Counted from the first letter of the stretch, positions 1-9,247 are shown. The stretch is DNA of 64,000 nucleotides from Candidatus Woesearchaeota archaeon (GCA_964534185.1 CAZHOH010000003.1:1955-65954), one strand, 5' to 3'. Notes: generated by a model not told the origin, from the sequence alone. Numbers and translations: made by a program.

Positions 1-672
1 ATTTATCCTAGTTGTGTGATTTGTTCAAGGATTGCTGTTGATGAGAGTTCTTTGGATAAAGTCCGCTTTAAAGATATGGATTTGTTTAATTATATGGCAA
101 CTCATTTGATTCAGGATCAAGAAAGAACTTATCTTGAAATAATTAGTGATACTCAAAAGGGTGTAGGACTTAATGTTCAAGAACTAAGTGAGGTTAATTT
201 TGATTTGAAAATAGAAGGGGATGATAAAAACGTTTATGGTGTGGGGGAGATTCAAGCTAATGTTGATGATTTTGGAGATTTGGAGGTGGAGGAGGTTCCT
301 GAGGAAACTGCAATAATGTTTATGCAAATAACTTCTCCCAAATATGGAGAAGTTTTTAGAAATCAATTGTTGGTGGCAGCAGGTGTTGGGACAGGTACTG
401 CTTCTTTTGTTCCTGGAGGTAAGGCAGTTATTGGTTCTGTTGTTAAAGCAGTAGGTGCTGGAAAAAGTGCTGTTGTGGCTGCAGCAGCTATTGCAATGGT
501 TGCGGGTTATGATGTTTATGCTGTTTCAAAAAACAGAGCTATAACTGCGACTTATTGTGGAGATGTTGAGGCAGGAGATAATGTTTATGGAGGGTGTTCT
601 GCTGTTAGGACAGTGAATTATGATGTTAATGATATTTTGAGTTATTGTGGAGTTATTGAAAGTATTGATTAG
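1..672 (+). CDS. hypothetical protein, 5' end outside window
   Basis: Frame 1 is open from base 1 to TAG at 670-672; the track ORF starts at an internal GTG. Gly/Ala/Val-rich hydrophobic stretch (VGTGTASFVPGGKAVIGSVVKAVGAGKSAVVAAAAIAMVAG). Confidence 0.5.
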   Translation: MYPSCVICSRIAVDESSLDKVRFKDMDLFNYMATHLIQDQERTYLEIISDTQKGVGLNVQELSEVNFDLKIEGDDKNVYGVGEIQANVDDFGDLEVEEVPEETAIMFMQITSPKYGEVFRNQLLVAAGVGTGTASFVPGGKAVIGSVVKAVGAGKSAVVAAAAIAMVAGYDVYAVSKNRAITATYCGDVEAGDNVYGGCSAVRTVNYDVNDILSYCGVIESID

Positions 673-677
673 TTAAA

Positions 678-1079
678 ATGACAGATTCAGGTGAAGATTA
701 TAATTTGGTAGAAGAAGTGATTTTTATAATTCTTAATTTTGTTTTTTTTGGAGCTTTGGCTTTTTTTGTTATTAATTCTGCGTCAGGGGCTTTTGTTTAT
801 GAACAGATTTATGCTAAAGAAGTTGCTTTGCTGATTGATAGTTCTGAGATTGGGACTACAATTCGGTTTGATGTTAGTGAAGGTTATGAAATTGCTTCAG
901 ATAAAGGATTTAATTCTGAGAATATGGTAAAAATTGAAAATGGAGAAGTTGTTTTCCAGCTGAGTGGTTCGCGCGGTTATTCTATGGGTTATTTTAATGA
1001 TGTGGTTATTGAGGATTTGAGTTATGAGGTTATTGGAGAAAAAGTTTATTTAAATTTTAGAGTTGTTGAAAATGAATAA
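678..1079 (+). CDS. hypothetical membrane-anchored protein (first complete gene of pilin-like operon)
   Basis: N-terminal hydrophobic helix VIFIILNFVFFGALAFFVINSASGAF; stop overlaps the next start (ATGAATAA). Confidence 0.5.
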   Translation: MTDSGEDYNLVEEVIFIILNFVFFGALAFFVINSASGAFVYEQIYAKEVALLIDSSEIGTTIRFDVSEGYEIASDKGFNSENMVKIENGEVVFQLSGSRGYSMGYFNDVVIEDLSYEVIGEKVYLNFRVVENE

Positions 1080-1500
1080 GAAAGGTGATAAACTTTTATC
1101 TTTTGGATGGGTTTTTATTTTAGTTATAGTTGGAGCAGGTGTTGTTTTTGGAGTTACAAGTTTTTTTTCTGCGCATATTGATGTTAGACAAATGGAATCT
1201 GATGTTTTGAATGTGGAGGTTTTTGATTGTGTTTCTCAAGGGATGGATGATTTTAGCGAGGATAATTTTTTTGATAAGTGTGGTTTGATTGCTGAGAAAT
1301 TTGGTGAAGGTAGTAACTATTTTATTTTAGTTAATGTTGATGGTTTAAATTATAGGTATGGAAAACATAGTATGGAAGAAAGTTGCAAGATTTCGTTTGG
1401 TTTGTTGAAGAGTAAAGAGTATCCACGATGCACTGAAAAATCCTCTGGAGATATTTATATTTTGACAGGTTCTAGTAATCGTGGAGGTGCCGTTAAATGA
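1072..1500 (+). CDS. prepilin-like protein (class III signal peptide)
   Basis: MNKKGD/KLLSFGWVFILVIVGAGVVFGV: basic residues plus Gly immediately before a hydrophobic helix. ATG at 1072 preferred over the track TTG at 1063. Confidence 0.55.
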   Translation: MNKKGDKLLSFGWVFILVIVGAGVVFGVTSFFSAHIDVRQMESDVLNVEVFDCVSQGMDDFSEDNFFDKCGLIAEKFGEGSNYFILVNVDGLNYRYGKHSMEESCKISFGLLKSKEYPRCTEKSSGDIYILTGSSNRGGAVK

Positions 1501-2102
1501 ATAATCGAGGACAGATTGCTGATGGGTTGACATTGGCTGTTGCAATTTTTATTGTATTTTTAATTATGCTTGTTTATTTGGGATTTGTTGGATTTGTTTT
1601 ACCTCAAAGAGAAGGGGCTAAGGTCGAGTTGAATGAAATTTCTACTGATAAAATTTTTGTTGATTCAAATGATTTAGCTGTAAAGTTTTATTCTGAGAAT
1701 AAGGATGAAGTTTTTGATTGGATTGATAAGGGGGAGGGGTTTAAAGATGGTGGTGGGCCTTTGATTCGGTTGAGTGGTTTGGCAGTTGAGGATAAACCTT
1801 TGGAATACCGAAATTTACTTGATAAATTTTCTGATTTTGCTGGTGAGCGTGATTTGGAAAACCCATTTTTTTATATTCGAACAGAAGATAAGGAATTTAG
1901 AATTGAGTATGACAATATTGATGAGATTTGGGAAGGATATATTTCTCGTGTTGAAGGGAATTTTGAGGATAATTTGAAAAAAGGAAATAATTTGAATTCT
2001 TTTAATTTTGATGCTCAACGTTTTTTTATTGTTTCTCCTGAAGGGAATTTGGGGATGATTGTTGTTTATGATAAAAATTATTTGGAGGAAGAGGATGAAT
2101 AA
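1497..2102 (+). CDS. prepilin-like protein (class III signal peptide, +1 Gln)
   Basis: MNNRGQ/IADGLTLAVAIFIVFLIMLVYLGF; ATGA start/stop overlap with the upstream gene; GGAGGTG 9 nt upstream. Confidence 0.6.
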   Translation: MNNRGQIADGLTLAVAIFIVFLIMLVYLGFVGFVLPQREGAKVELNEISTDKIFVDSNDLAVKFYSENKDEVFDWIDKGEGFKDGGGPLIRLSGLAVEDKPLEYRNLLDKFSDFAGERDLENPFFYIRTEDKEFRIEYDNIDEIWEGYISRVEGNFEDNLKKGNNLNSFNFDAQRFFIVSPEGNLGMIVVYDKNYLEEEDE

Positions 2103-2610
2103 AAAAGGACAACCTTTGTCAATGGGAATTTTGGTTTTTTTGGTTCTTGGTGTTTGTCTTTTAAGTCTTTTTTATTTTATTACTTTGCAAAATGGGGTTA
2201 AAGAAGATTTTCAAACTGTTGATGTTGCAGTTGGAGTTTATGATAAGGCTGATTTAATTACTTTTTATTTGCAAGATTCTGTGAGTCGTGCAAGTTTAGG
2301 TATTGGAAATGAAGAAGAATTTGTTTCTGATTTTGTTATAGTGCTGGAAAGTTATAAGTATCCTGATGGTGAATGGATTTTTCCTGAATTTGAAAGTGTT
2401 ATTAATAATTTGGATGTTGGAGATGTTTCTATTAGCGACGGGGAAGTTAGTGTTTTGTTGAAAGTTAATGTTGAAGATAGTTTGATGAAAAGAGGAAAAG
2501 TTTTTGAGAGTGGGTTTTTAGTTGATTATTATGGAGAGTCGAGTGAATTATATGAAGAAGTTTTTTCTTTGAGCTACGATTATGAAAAAGAGTTTATCGG
2601 AGAGATTTAG
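2095..2610 (+). CDS. prepilin-like protein (class III signal peptide, +1 Gln)
   Basis: MNKKGQ/PLSMGILVFLVLGVCLLSLFYF at internal ATG 2095; ATGAATAA overlap with the upstream stop; GGAGG upstream. Confidence 0.6.
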   Translation: MNKKGQPLSMGILVFLVLGVCLLSLFYFITLQNGVKEDFQTVDVAVGVYDKADLITFYLQDSVSRASLGIGNEEEFVSDFVIVLESYKYPDGEWIFPEFESVINNLDVGDVSISDGEVSVLLKVNVEDSLMKRGKVFESGFLVDYYGESSELYEEVFSLSYDYEKEFIGEI

Positions 2611-2615
2611 AAATA

Positions 2616-2623
2616 TTTATAAA
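2616..2623 (+). promoter_or_regulatory. TATA box (tttataaa), leaderless spacing to ATG 2645
   Basis: tttataaa centred about 25 nt upstream of the start codon; the same spacing recurs across the window. Confidence 0.5.
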
Positions 2624-2644
2624 TGTTTAAGTGCTAAGTGAAAT

Positions 2645-3187
2645 ATGAAAAGAGGATTGATTAGGAATAAAAAGGGGCAAGGAATCTTTTCGAGTACTTC
2701 AGTCGGGGTTATTTTAGCAGTTTTGGTCTTGGTTGTTGTTGCATTAGTTTTAATGTATCTTTTTGGAGTTTTTACTGAAGTAAAAGATATTGCTCCAGAT
2801 GTTAGTTCTGCTAAAGCTAAACTTTGTATAACTTTTAGTAGTGATGCTGTTAGCTTTTGTGAGTTTACTCCTGTTAAATTTGGAAGTGATGAAGGTTATA
2901 TTAATTGTAATTATGATGAGAATTTAGATTTTAAAAAGACTATTGATGAGATGCCTCAAAAGCCGAATTGTTCTGAGACTTCTGAAAGATTTTGTTTAAG
3001 TAAAAGAAATGAACTTGGAAAGGATAAAGCAGATTTATTGAAAGTTAATAGTAAAGAAATTAGTTGTGGAGAAAGATTAGCAAACTTAGAATGTCCAGAA
3101 GGAACATTAACTCTTTCAGTAGCTAGTTGTCCAACAAATAATTTTAACCTTCTTGGAAATAGTGGAGTTTATTGTTGCCTTAATTAA
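2645..3187 (+). CDS. prepilin-like protein with Cys-rich C-terminal domain
   Basis: MKRGLIRNKKGQ/GIFSSTSVGVILAVLVLVVVALVLMYLF; more than 10 Cys in the extracellular part; own TATA (tttataaa, 2616-2623) about 25 nt upstream of the ATG. Confidence 0.6.
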   Translation: MKRGLIRNKKGQGIFSSTSVGVILAVLVLVVVALVLMYLFGVFTEVKDIAPDVSSAKAKLCITFSSDAVSFCEFTPVKFGSDEGYINCNYDENLDFKKTIDEMPQKPNCSETSERFCLSKRNELGKDKADLLKVNSKEISCGERLANLECPEGTLTLSVASCPTNNFNLLGNSGVYCCLN

Positions 3188-3217
3188 ATTTAAATAATTC
3201 TTTTACACTTATTTATT

Positions 3218-3364
3218 ATGGCAGATTCATATGGTTATCCTGAAAGGCGGAAGAATAAGAATGATGCGCGGGCGAAGCGTAAATCTCGAGGATATAAGAA
3301 AGGTGGTAGAGATAGAGCTAAGAGTGAGAAAGAGAAGAATAAAGGAAAGAATAAAGGCAAATAG
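3218..3364 (+). CDS. possible small highly basic protein (48 aa)
   Basis: Hand-translated ORF below the track cutoff: MADSYGYPERRKNKNDARAKRKSRGYKKGGRDRAKSEKEKNKGKNKGK. No homology recognised. Confidence 0.25.
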   Translation: MADSYGYPERRKNKNDARAKRKSRGYKKGGRDRAKSEKEKNKGKNKGK

Positions 3365-3418
3365 GAATTTTTAGTTTAGGATAGATAATTATTTAAGGTT
3401 TAGATTTGTTGGAGAATT

Positions 3419-3649
3419 ATGGAAAAATCAGTGATAGATTTTAATGTGATAATTGAACAGGATGAAGAGGGGATTTATGTAGCGAGAGTTCCTGAAATTG
3501 AAGGTTGTTATACTCAAGGAAAAACTTTACAAGAGGTTTTAGAAAGAATAAAAGAGGCGATAGAAGTTTGTTTAGAAGGTGATAAAGAGAATATTAATCC
3601 TATGAGATTTGTTGGAATTCAAAGAATTCAAATTGAGAAGTATAATTAA
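3419..3649 (+). CDS. hicB: HicB-family antitoxin (UPF0150-like)
   Basis: VIIEQDEEGIYVARVPEIEGCYTQGKTLQEVLERIKEAIEVCLEG is the typical HicB N-domain pattern; lies directly upstream of HicA. Confidence 0.75.
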   Translation: MEKSVIDFNVIIEQDEEGIYVARVPEIEGCYTQGKTLQEVLERIKEAIEVCLEGDKENINPMRFVGIQRIQIEKYN

Positions 3650-3650
3650 A

Positions 3651-3884
3651 ATGACAAGATTGGTTGTTATTTCTGGCAAGGATATGTGTAAGCTTTTAGA
3701 GAAAATTGGGTTTGAAAAGGTATATGGAAAAGGAAGTCATGTAAGGTTTAAACATTCTGATGGAAGGATGACTGTTGTTCCTGTTCATGGAAATGAGGAT
3801 TTAGGAAAGGGATTGTTAAGAGAGATTTTAAGACAGATTAATTTAAGTAAAGAAGAATATGAAGAATTAAGAAAGAAAATTTAG
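3651..3884 (+). CDS. hicA: HicA-family mRNA interferase toxin
   Basis: GKDMCKLLEKIGFEKVYGKGSHVRFKHSDGRMTVVPVHGNEDLGKGLLREILRQ (YcfA/HicA signature GSH...H....VP.H). Internal ATG at 3651 sits 1 nt after the hicB stop. Confidence 0.8.
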   Translation: MTRLVVISGKDMCKLLEKIGFEKVYGKGSHVRFKHSDGRMTVVPVHGNEDLGKGLLREILRQINLSKEEYEELRKKI

Positions 3885-4868
3885 TTAACTGAATTCTTTT
3901 TTTGGGATGTTTTCTATTATTGTTATTAAGATGCTTAGGATTAATGGGCCTAGGATAAATCCTATTAATCCGAACATTTGGATTCCTCCTAAGATTCCGA
4001 GGAGCATGATTAGGGGGTGGATTTTTGATCTTTTTCCTACGACTTTTATTCTCAGAAGTCCGTCGATTAGTGTGCTTAGGATTATTCCGAGGATTAATAA
4101 GCCGAATGCCGTGTAGTAGTCTTTGTTTATTATTTCGATTATCATTAATGGTAGCCAGACAAGGAGAGGGCCTAGTCCTGGGATGAATGCAAAGATGCCG
4201 ACTATAAATGCTAAAAGGATTGCGAATTTGATTCCGAGGAAGTAGAATCCGATTAATGCAACTATTGTTTCTGCCAGTGCTATTAGTAGTGTTCCGATGA
4301 GGATGTTTTTTGTTGCGTCTTCTATTTGGTTCACTACAGAGGTTCTGTTTTTGAAAGGCAGGAAGTTTGTTATTTTTTGTTTTAGATTGTCCCAGTCAAT
4401 TAAGATGTAGTAGGCAGTGAATAGGGTTACAAAGAGCATTAGGATGAAGTGTGGGATTGATTTTATTGATGACGAGATTATTGAGAGAAGGGTTTGTCCG
4501 ATTTTTGATATTATTGTTGGCAGGTATTCAGTTACTAAGGGTGTGTCTATTATTTGTTTTACAGAGTCTGTTATTCCTTGAATTAATTGGGGTGTTGCTA
4601 TCTGAGATATTTGTGAGATTAGTGAACCGAGGATTGTGATTGTTATTCCAAGGATTAGAATTAGTGCGAAAAGTATTGAGGTTATTGCTGCTGCAGGTTT
4701 TGGGAGCTTTGTTGCTAGAGCATCGTTTAGTGGTTTTAATAAGTATGCTACGATAAATGCTGAGGCGACGGCAATTAGGAAAGGGCGAAGGATGAAAAAA
4801 GATAGTATGATTATTAGTGTTATTATTCCCCAGAAGAGGTAGAAGTTTGTTTTGTGGTTGTGTTCCAT
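3885..4868 (-). CDS. AI-2E family transporter (PerM/UPF0118-like)
   Basis: 327 aa polytopic membrane protein; N-terminal pattern FFILRPFLIAVASAFIVAYLLKPLNDAL and overall topology are typical of this family. Confidence 0.65.
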   Translation of the reverse strand: MEHNHKTNFYLFWGIITLIIILSFFILRPFLIAVASAFIVAYLLKPLNDALATKLPKPAAAITSILFALILILGITITILGSLISQISQIATPQLIQGITDSVKQIIDTPLVTEYLPTIISKIGQTLLSIISSSIKSIPHFILMLFVTLFTAYYILIDWDNLKQKITNFLPFKNRTSVVNQIEDATKNILIGTLLIALAETIVALIGFYFLGIKFAILLAFIVGIFAFIPGLGPLLVWLPLMIIEIINKDYYTAFGLLILGIILSTLIDGLLRIKVVGKRSKIHPLIMLLGILGGIQMFGLIGFILGPLILSILITIIENIPKKEFS

Positions 4869-4918
4869 TTTTTTATTAGGCAGAAAAGATTAATAAAGGT
4901 TTTTCTTTTAATTTTTTA

Positions 4919-5770
4919 ATGATTGAGTTCCTTTTTTTGCTGGGGTTGGTATGGATTGTGTTTGCGATAGCGCAGGATTTCAAAACTCGTGAGGTTGCTA
5001 ACTGGTTGAATTTTTCTTTAGTTCTTTTTGCTTTGGTTTTTAGATTGTTTTATAGTATTTTTTTAAATGATTATCGTTATATTTTATTTGGATTAGCAGG
5101 TTTTGGGATATTTTTTGTGATTGGAAATTTGTTTTATTATGCGCGGCTTTTTGCTGGAGGGGATGCTAAACTGTTGATTGCTTTAGGTGCTGTTATTCCT
5201 GTTGCTAATGATTGGCATAGTAATTTTTTGATATTTTTTGTTTTTACAATGTTTTTGCTTTTGGGGGGAAGTATTTACAGTTTGGTTTATAGTGTTGGTT
5301 TGAGTTTGAAAAATCGTGAGAGGTTTGTTAAGGAATTTAAGAGGGAGTTTGGCAGGAATAAAAGGTATTTTTATTTTGCACTTGTGTTTTTGTTTTTGTT
5401 TGCAATTGTTTCTATTGTTATTGGGCAGATTGTTTTTTTGGTTGTCAGTTTGTTGATTTTGTTGTTTCCTTTGCTTTATATTTATACAAAGGCAGTTGAG
5501 AGTGCGTGTTTAATGGTTTATGTTTCTCCTAAAAATTTGAGTGTTGGGGATTGGCTGGTTGACAGGATTAAGATTAAAGGGAAGTATATTGAGCCGAATT
5601 GGGAAGGATTAAGTGATGAGCAGTTGGCTTTGATAAAAAAGAATTATAGGAAGAAGGTTTTGGTTAAGCAAGGGATTCCTTTTACCCCTGCGTTTTTGTT
5701 TGCTTTTTTGGTTTTGATTTATATTCAGTACTGGGGATATTCTAACTGGGGATTGTGGGGATATTTTTAA
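4919..5770 (+). CDS. A24-family prepilin/preflagellin peptidase (FlaK/PibD/EppA-like)
   Basis: Both aspartyl motifs are present: AQDFKTREV (first Asp) and FAGGDAKLLIALG (GxGDxKL). Polytopic membrane protein with a C-terminal extension. Confidence 0.75.
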   Translation: MIEFLFLLGLVWIVFAIAQDFKTREVANWLNFSLVLFALVFRLFYSIFLNDYRYILFGLAGFGIFFVIGNLFYYARLFAGGDAKLLIALGAVIPVANDWHSNFLIFFVFTMFLLLGGSIYSLVYSVGLSLKNRERFVKEFKREFGRNKRYFYFALVFLFLFAIVSIVIGQIVFLVVSLLILLFPLLYIYTKAVESACLMVYVSPKNLSVGDWLVDRIKIKGKYIEPNWEGLSDEQLALIKKNYRKKVLVKQGIPFTPAFLFAFLVLIYIQYWGYSNWGLWGYF

Positions 5771-6354
5771 GGAATTCTTTTAGGGGCTTTTTCTAATTTT
5801 GCTGGTTTGATAGGTTTTGGTTTTTCTTTTGGAATTGGTTTTGTTAAAATTTTTTGAAGTTCTTCGAGTTCTTTTTCATCTGCTTGTTTTCTTTCTGATT
5901 CTGGTGTTTCATTTGTGTATATTGGGATTATGTTAATTATTTTTTCTCCTAAGACTTCTTGTTCTGTTACTTGGATGTTTTTTGGTTTTAGGTGGTAAGC
6001 TATTGATTCTGTTAGTTGCTTTTCTAATTCTTTGACTTTTTCTGTTATTGCTGAGGGTTTTTTCGGAATTATTATTGTGTGGGCTTTTGATATTGGGTTT
6101 ATTTCTAGGACTGCTAAGCCACCTTCATTTTCTGTTATTTTGTAACTTTTAATTTTACCTTCTATGATTAATCTGAAAGGGGTTTCTTGGTTTTCTTGCT
6201 TTACGAGATTGTTCTTTTTTATGAATTCTTCGAGTTCTTTTTCTGACATTGCTTCTATTTGGGCTTTTGCAGATTCTTTTTGTTCTTTTGGAAAGGATTC
6301 TATTTGTTTTAGGAGTTGTTCTTTGATTTGTTTTGATTGTTCTTTGGATAGCAT
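5767..6354 (-). CDS. HIT-like domain protein with non-conserved histidine triad
   Basis: GKIKSYKITENEGGLAVLEINPISKAHTIIIPKKP matches the HIT fold N-part, but the HxHxH position reads EKIINIIPIY. K/E-rich N- and C-terminal extensions. Confidence 0.5.
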   Translation of the reverse strand: MLSKEQSKQIKEQLLKQIESFPKEQKESAKAQIEAMSEKELEEFIKKNNLVKQENQETPFRLIIEGKIKSYKITENEGGLAVLEINPISKAHTIIIPKKPSAITEKVKELEKQLTESIAYHLKPKNIQVTEQEVLGEKIINIIPIYTNETPESERKQADEKELEELQKILTKPIPKEKPKPIKPAKLEKAPKRIP

Positions 6355-6463
6355 GGTTTTTTTAGGGGATTGGGTTATAAAAAACTTAAGTTTTTACTTA
6401 ATTGTTATTTGATAGTGGTTACATAATAGAAAGATTTAAATATTGTATTTTAGATGATTTTTT

Positions 6464-7513
6464 ATGAAACTCTATGATGTTGTATCAAAGCCTGCAAGTT
6501 TTCTTAAGAATACTGCGAAGTTTTCTTTACTAACTCTTTCAGGTTATGGTATTTATGCCTATTTTGCTGATAAGTGGCCTTTTAGAGAGGTTGGTAACGA
6601 ATATGAGCCAACTGAATGGGTTACAGGACATAAAGGCCCTGTTTTGAAGGGGCCAAGGACTGCTTGGTATGTTTCTCCTTTAGTAAAGTTAATCCAAGAT
6701 GAGCAAGGAAATTCTGTTAAAATTCCAACATATGATAGGGATAAGGATTTCTCTTTGCATTATACTACTGAAACTGGGCTTGAGGGAGATATGAGGTTTC
6801 AGTATAGGTATGTTATTCCTTCTAGAAAAGATGCAACAAAGTTTTATTGGAATGCAAATTTGGATTTGGGTTTGGTTGACGAAGCTGTTCAAGATGCAAT
6901 CTCTAAGAAATTGACTGGTATGAAAGGAATGAAGATTACAAGTGATGGAGAACATTTGGATGATTATTTGGATAAGGCTGTTCATTATCTTAATGGTGAG
7001 AAGGTTCAAAAGATTAGAGAGGGAGAAGATGCGGGTTATGATCAGATTTCAAAAGAAGCTTCTCCTTATCTTAGCTATGGTGTGAAAGTTGTTTCTATTG
7101 AGCATATGGAAAATGATCCTGATGACAAGTCTGCTGAGGCTTTGAGAATCCCTTTTGTTGCAAAACAAAGAGCAGAGGCAGATTTAACAAGAGCAAATGC
7201 TACCTATAAAACAGCTATTATAAATAAAGAAACTTCAAGAGTTTATTTTCCTAATGCAAGTGAGGAAAAACTTGGCGAGGCAGGTTTGATACTTGCAGGA
7301 ATGGACAATCAAGAAACAATAGCAAGTAATAGCAATAATGCAACTCTTGTTTCTTTACCTCCTACATTGTCAATGGCAGGTATTTCGGATTTTCTTAGGG
7401 AGGTTTTTAGGTATTTTTTTAAAAGAGATATGGAAACTAATAGTCCTCCTCGTGAAGAGAATCATCCTAATGAAAATGATTTGGAAAGTAGAGTAGATTC
7501 TGAAACTTTATAA
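6464..7513 (+). CDS. membrane-anchored SPFH/band-7-like protein (tentative)
   Basis: N-terminal TM; core resembles the SPFH pattern (MRFQYRYVIP...YGVKVVSIEHMEN...AKQRAEADLTRANATYKTAI). Judged by eye only. Confidence 0.4.
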   Translation: MKLYDVVSKPASFLKNTAKFSLLTLSGYGIYAYFADKWPFREVGNEYEPTEWVTGHKGPVLKGPRTAWYVSPLVKLIQDEQGNSVKIPTYDRDKDFSLHYTTETGLEGDMRFQYRYVIPSRKDATKFYWNANLDLGLVDEAVQDAISKKLTGMKGMKITSDGEHLDDYLDKAVHYLNGEKVQKIREGEDAGYDQISKEASPYLSYGVKVVSIEHMENDPDDKSAEALRIPFVAKQRAEADLTRANATYKTAIINKETSRVYFPNASEEKLGEAGLILAGMDNQETIASNSNNATLVSLPPTLSMAGISDFLREVFRYFFKRDMETNSPPREENHPNENDLESRVDSETL

Positions 7514-7558
7514 AAAAGTTTATATAGATATTTTTTGTGGTTAGTTAAAGAGGTTGAG

Positions 7559-7816
7559 ATGAGAGTTTTAGGTTATGTTGTCAGTTTGATTGGAATCGGG
7601 GTTTTGAGTTTGGGGATTGGGCCGATTCATGAATATGCTGTTGCTAATTTTGAAGTTGTTCAGGGTGTTCCTAATTATTATTTTTTTATTGGAGGAGTTG
7701 TTGTTTTGGCGGCTGGAGTGATTTTATTGAGAAAAGGAGTTGATGTTGGAAGAGGGAGTTTTGAGGTTCCTATTTATAGGGGAAATCATATTGTAGGATA
7801 TAGGAGGAATTCATGA
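7559..7816 (+). CDS. small membrane protein
   Basis: Two hydrophobic helices; ATG at 7559 preceded by aaagaggttgag. The track start at 7535 is a TTG. Confidence 0.45.
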   Translation: MRVLGYVVSLIGIGVLSLGIGPIHEYAVANFEVVQGVPNYYFFIGGVVVLAAGVILLRKGVDVGRGSFEVPIYRGNHIVGYRRNS

Positions 7817-8502
7817 GCTTTAAGAAGTTGAGTTTGTTTGGGTTGGGTTTATTTTTTATTAATTTGGTTAGTGCGCAGTATTATTATGGGGGGCGGGGTG
7901 GAGGATTTAGTAATTTTTGGTATAATCTAAGTCCGACTACTTTGTTGGAAAATGAGTGGGTTGTTTTTGGAGGGATTTTTTTAATTGTTTTTTCTATGAT
8001 TTATTTGGGTTTGCAAAATTTTATGAAAACAAAAGGTAAAGAGGGAATTCCTAAAGAGAATAAAGGTGCAGTAGTTGTTATTGCAGCTGTGATTGCGCTT
8101 TTTTCTGCGTCTGCTTTGACACAAAGAGCTCTTTGGTATGGTTATTTTGGTGATACTATTTTGAATTGGATTTATGTTGTTATTGGTATTGGATTGATTT
8201 TTCTTTTGATTCCGCTTTACCAAGGTATGAGTAAAAAAGTTGGAGCTGCTCCTGCGATTTTTGGCATTTTGTTGGTTGCGTGGATTGTTATTAGTTTTAT
8301 TTTGGATCCTTATGAATCTATTTTGTTGGCAGATATTCTTGGTAGAGGGGATTTTTATTATAGTTATTTAGGATTTTGGGATTTTTTTTCTAGTGCGATT
8401 TTCTTTTGGATTTTTGTTGTGGGGTTGTTGATTTCGCTTGTTATTCCTAAGGGTAAAAGTTCTTCTGCGACGAGTTCTGGAGGTCATACAAGTGGACCTT
8501 AA
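7813..8502 (+). CDS. signal-peptide polytopic membrane protein
   Basis: Signal peptide ending NLVSA/Q, then several TM helices; ATGA overlap with the upstream gene and GGAGG upstream. Confidence 0.55.
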   Translation: MSFKKLSLFGLGLFFINLVSAQYYYGGRGGGFSNFWYNLSPTTLLENEWVVFGGIFLIVFSMIYLGLQNFMKTKGKEGIPKENKGAVVVIAAVIALFSASALTQRALWYGYFGDTILNWIYVVIGIGLIFLLIPLYQGMSKKVGAAPAIFGILLVAWIVISFILDPYESILLADILGRGDFYYSYLGFWDFFSSAIFFWIFVVGLLISLVIPKGKSSSATSSGGHTSGP

Positions 8503-8545
8503 TTGTAGAAATGTTTATAAATAATGTTTTTTTATTAAAGATAAG

Positions 8546-9247
8546 ATGAAAAAAACGAGGGGGTTAAAATTTTTGATTTTTTTGTTAGTGGTATCTTTTA
8601 TTTTTATTAGTATTAATCTTGTTTCTGCTGAAAGTATTTTTCAGAACCTTGTTGGAAGTTCTGATTTTAATTTTCCCGCCATATCTTTTGGAGATAGTAT
8701 TTGGTTCAGCAAGCTTTTACTTTTCTTTTTAGTTGCATTAATTATTTTTGGAATTTCTGATGCTCTTCCTTTTTTGGGGAAACCTCCAAAAAAAGATTTT
8801 ATTGCAATAGGTTTGGCGATTGTTGTCGGGATTTTATCTGTTTTTTATCTTGATAATACACAAGTTTATTCTATTCTTTTATCATATAATGTTCTCGGGG
8901 TTACTTTAAGTGTTATAGTTCCTTTTGTGATAATTATGGCTCTTTCCTATAAACTTTACCGTGGAGGATATGCAGCTTTTAGTGGTATTGTATGGATTGT
9001 TTTTGGAGTTGTTTTGGTTGTTAGATGGTTATCTGCAGATGTTAGTGAAATAGGTGCTTTTGGTGCTTGGGCTTACCCTATAACTTTGATACTTGTTTTA
9101 ATCTTTTTATTTTTTCAGAGAAGGATTTATGCAAGATTTGTAAGGTCTGATCAGGCAGCAAAAATTGATAGATATCTGGGTATGAAAGAATTGGGAAGAA
9201 TTTCTGACAGAGAACGTGCTAGGGATATTGATGATAGGTTGGGATAA
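8546..9247 (+). CDS. signal-peptide polytopic membrane protein
   Basis: Signal peptide ending NLVSA/E, multiple TM helices; TATA tttataaa at 8514-8521. Confidence 0.55.
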   Translation: MKKTRGLKFLIFLLVVSFIFISINLVSAESIFQNLVGSSDFNFPAISFGDSIWFSKLLLFFLVALIIFGISDALPFLGKPPKKDFIAIGLAIVVGILSVFYLDNTQVYSILLSYNVLGVTLSVIVPFVIIMALSYKLYRGGYAAFSGIVWIVFGVVLVVRWLSADVSEIGAFGAWAYPITLILVLIFLFFQRRIYARFVRSDQAAKIDRYLGMKELGRISDRERARDIDDRLG

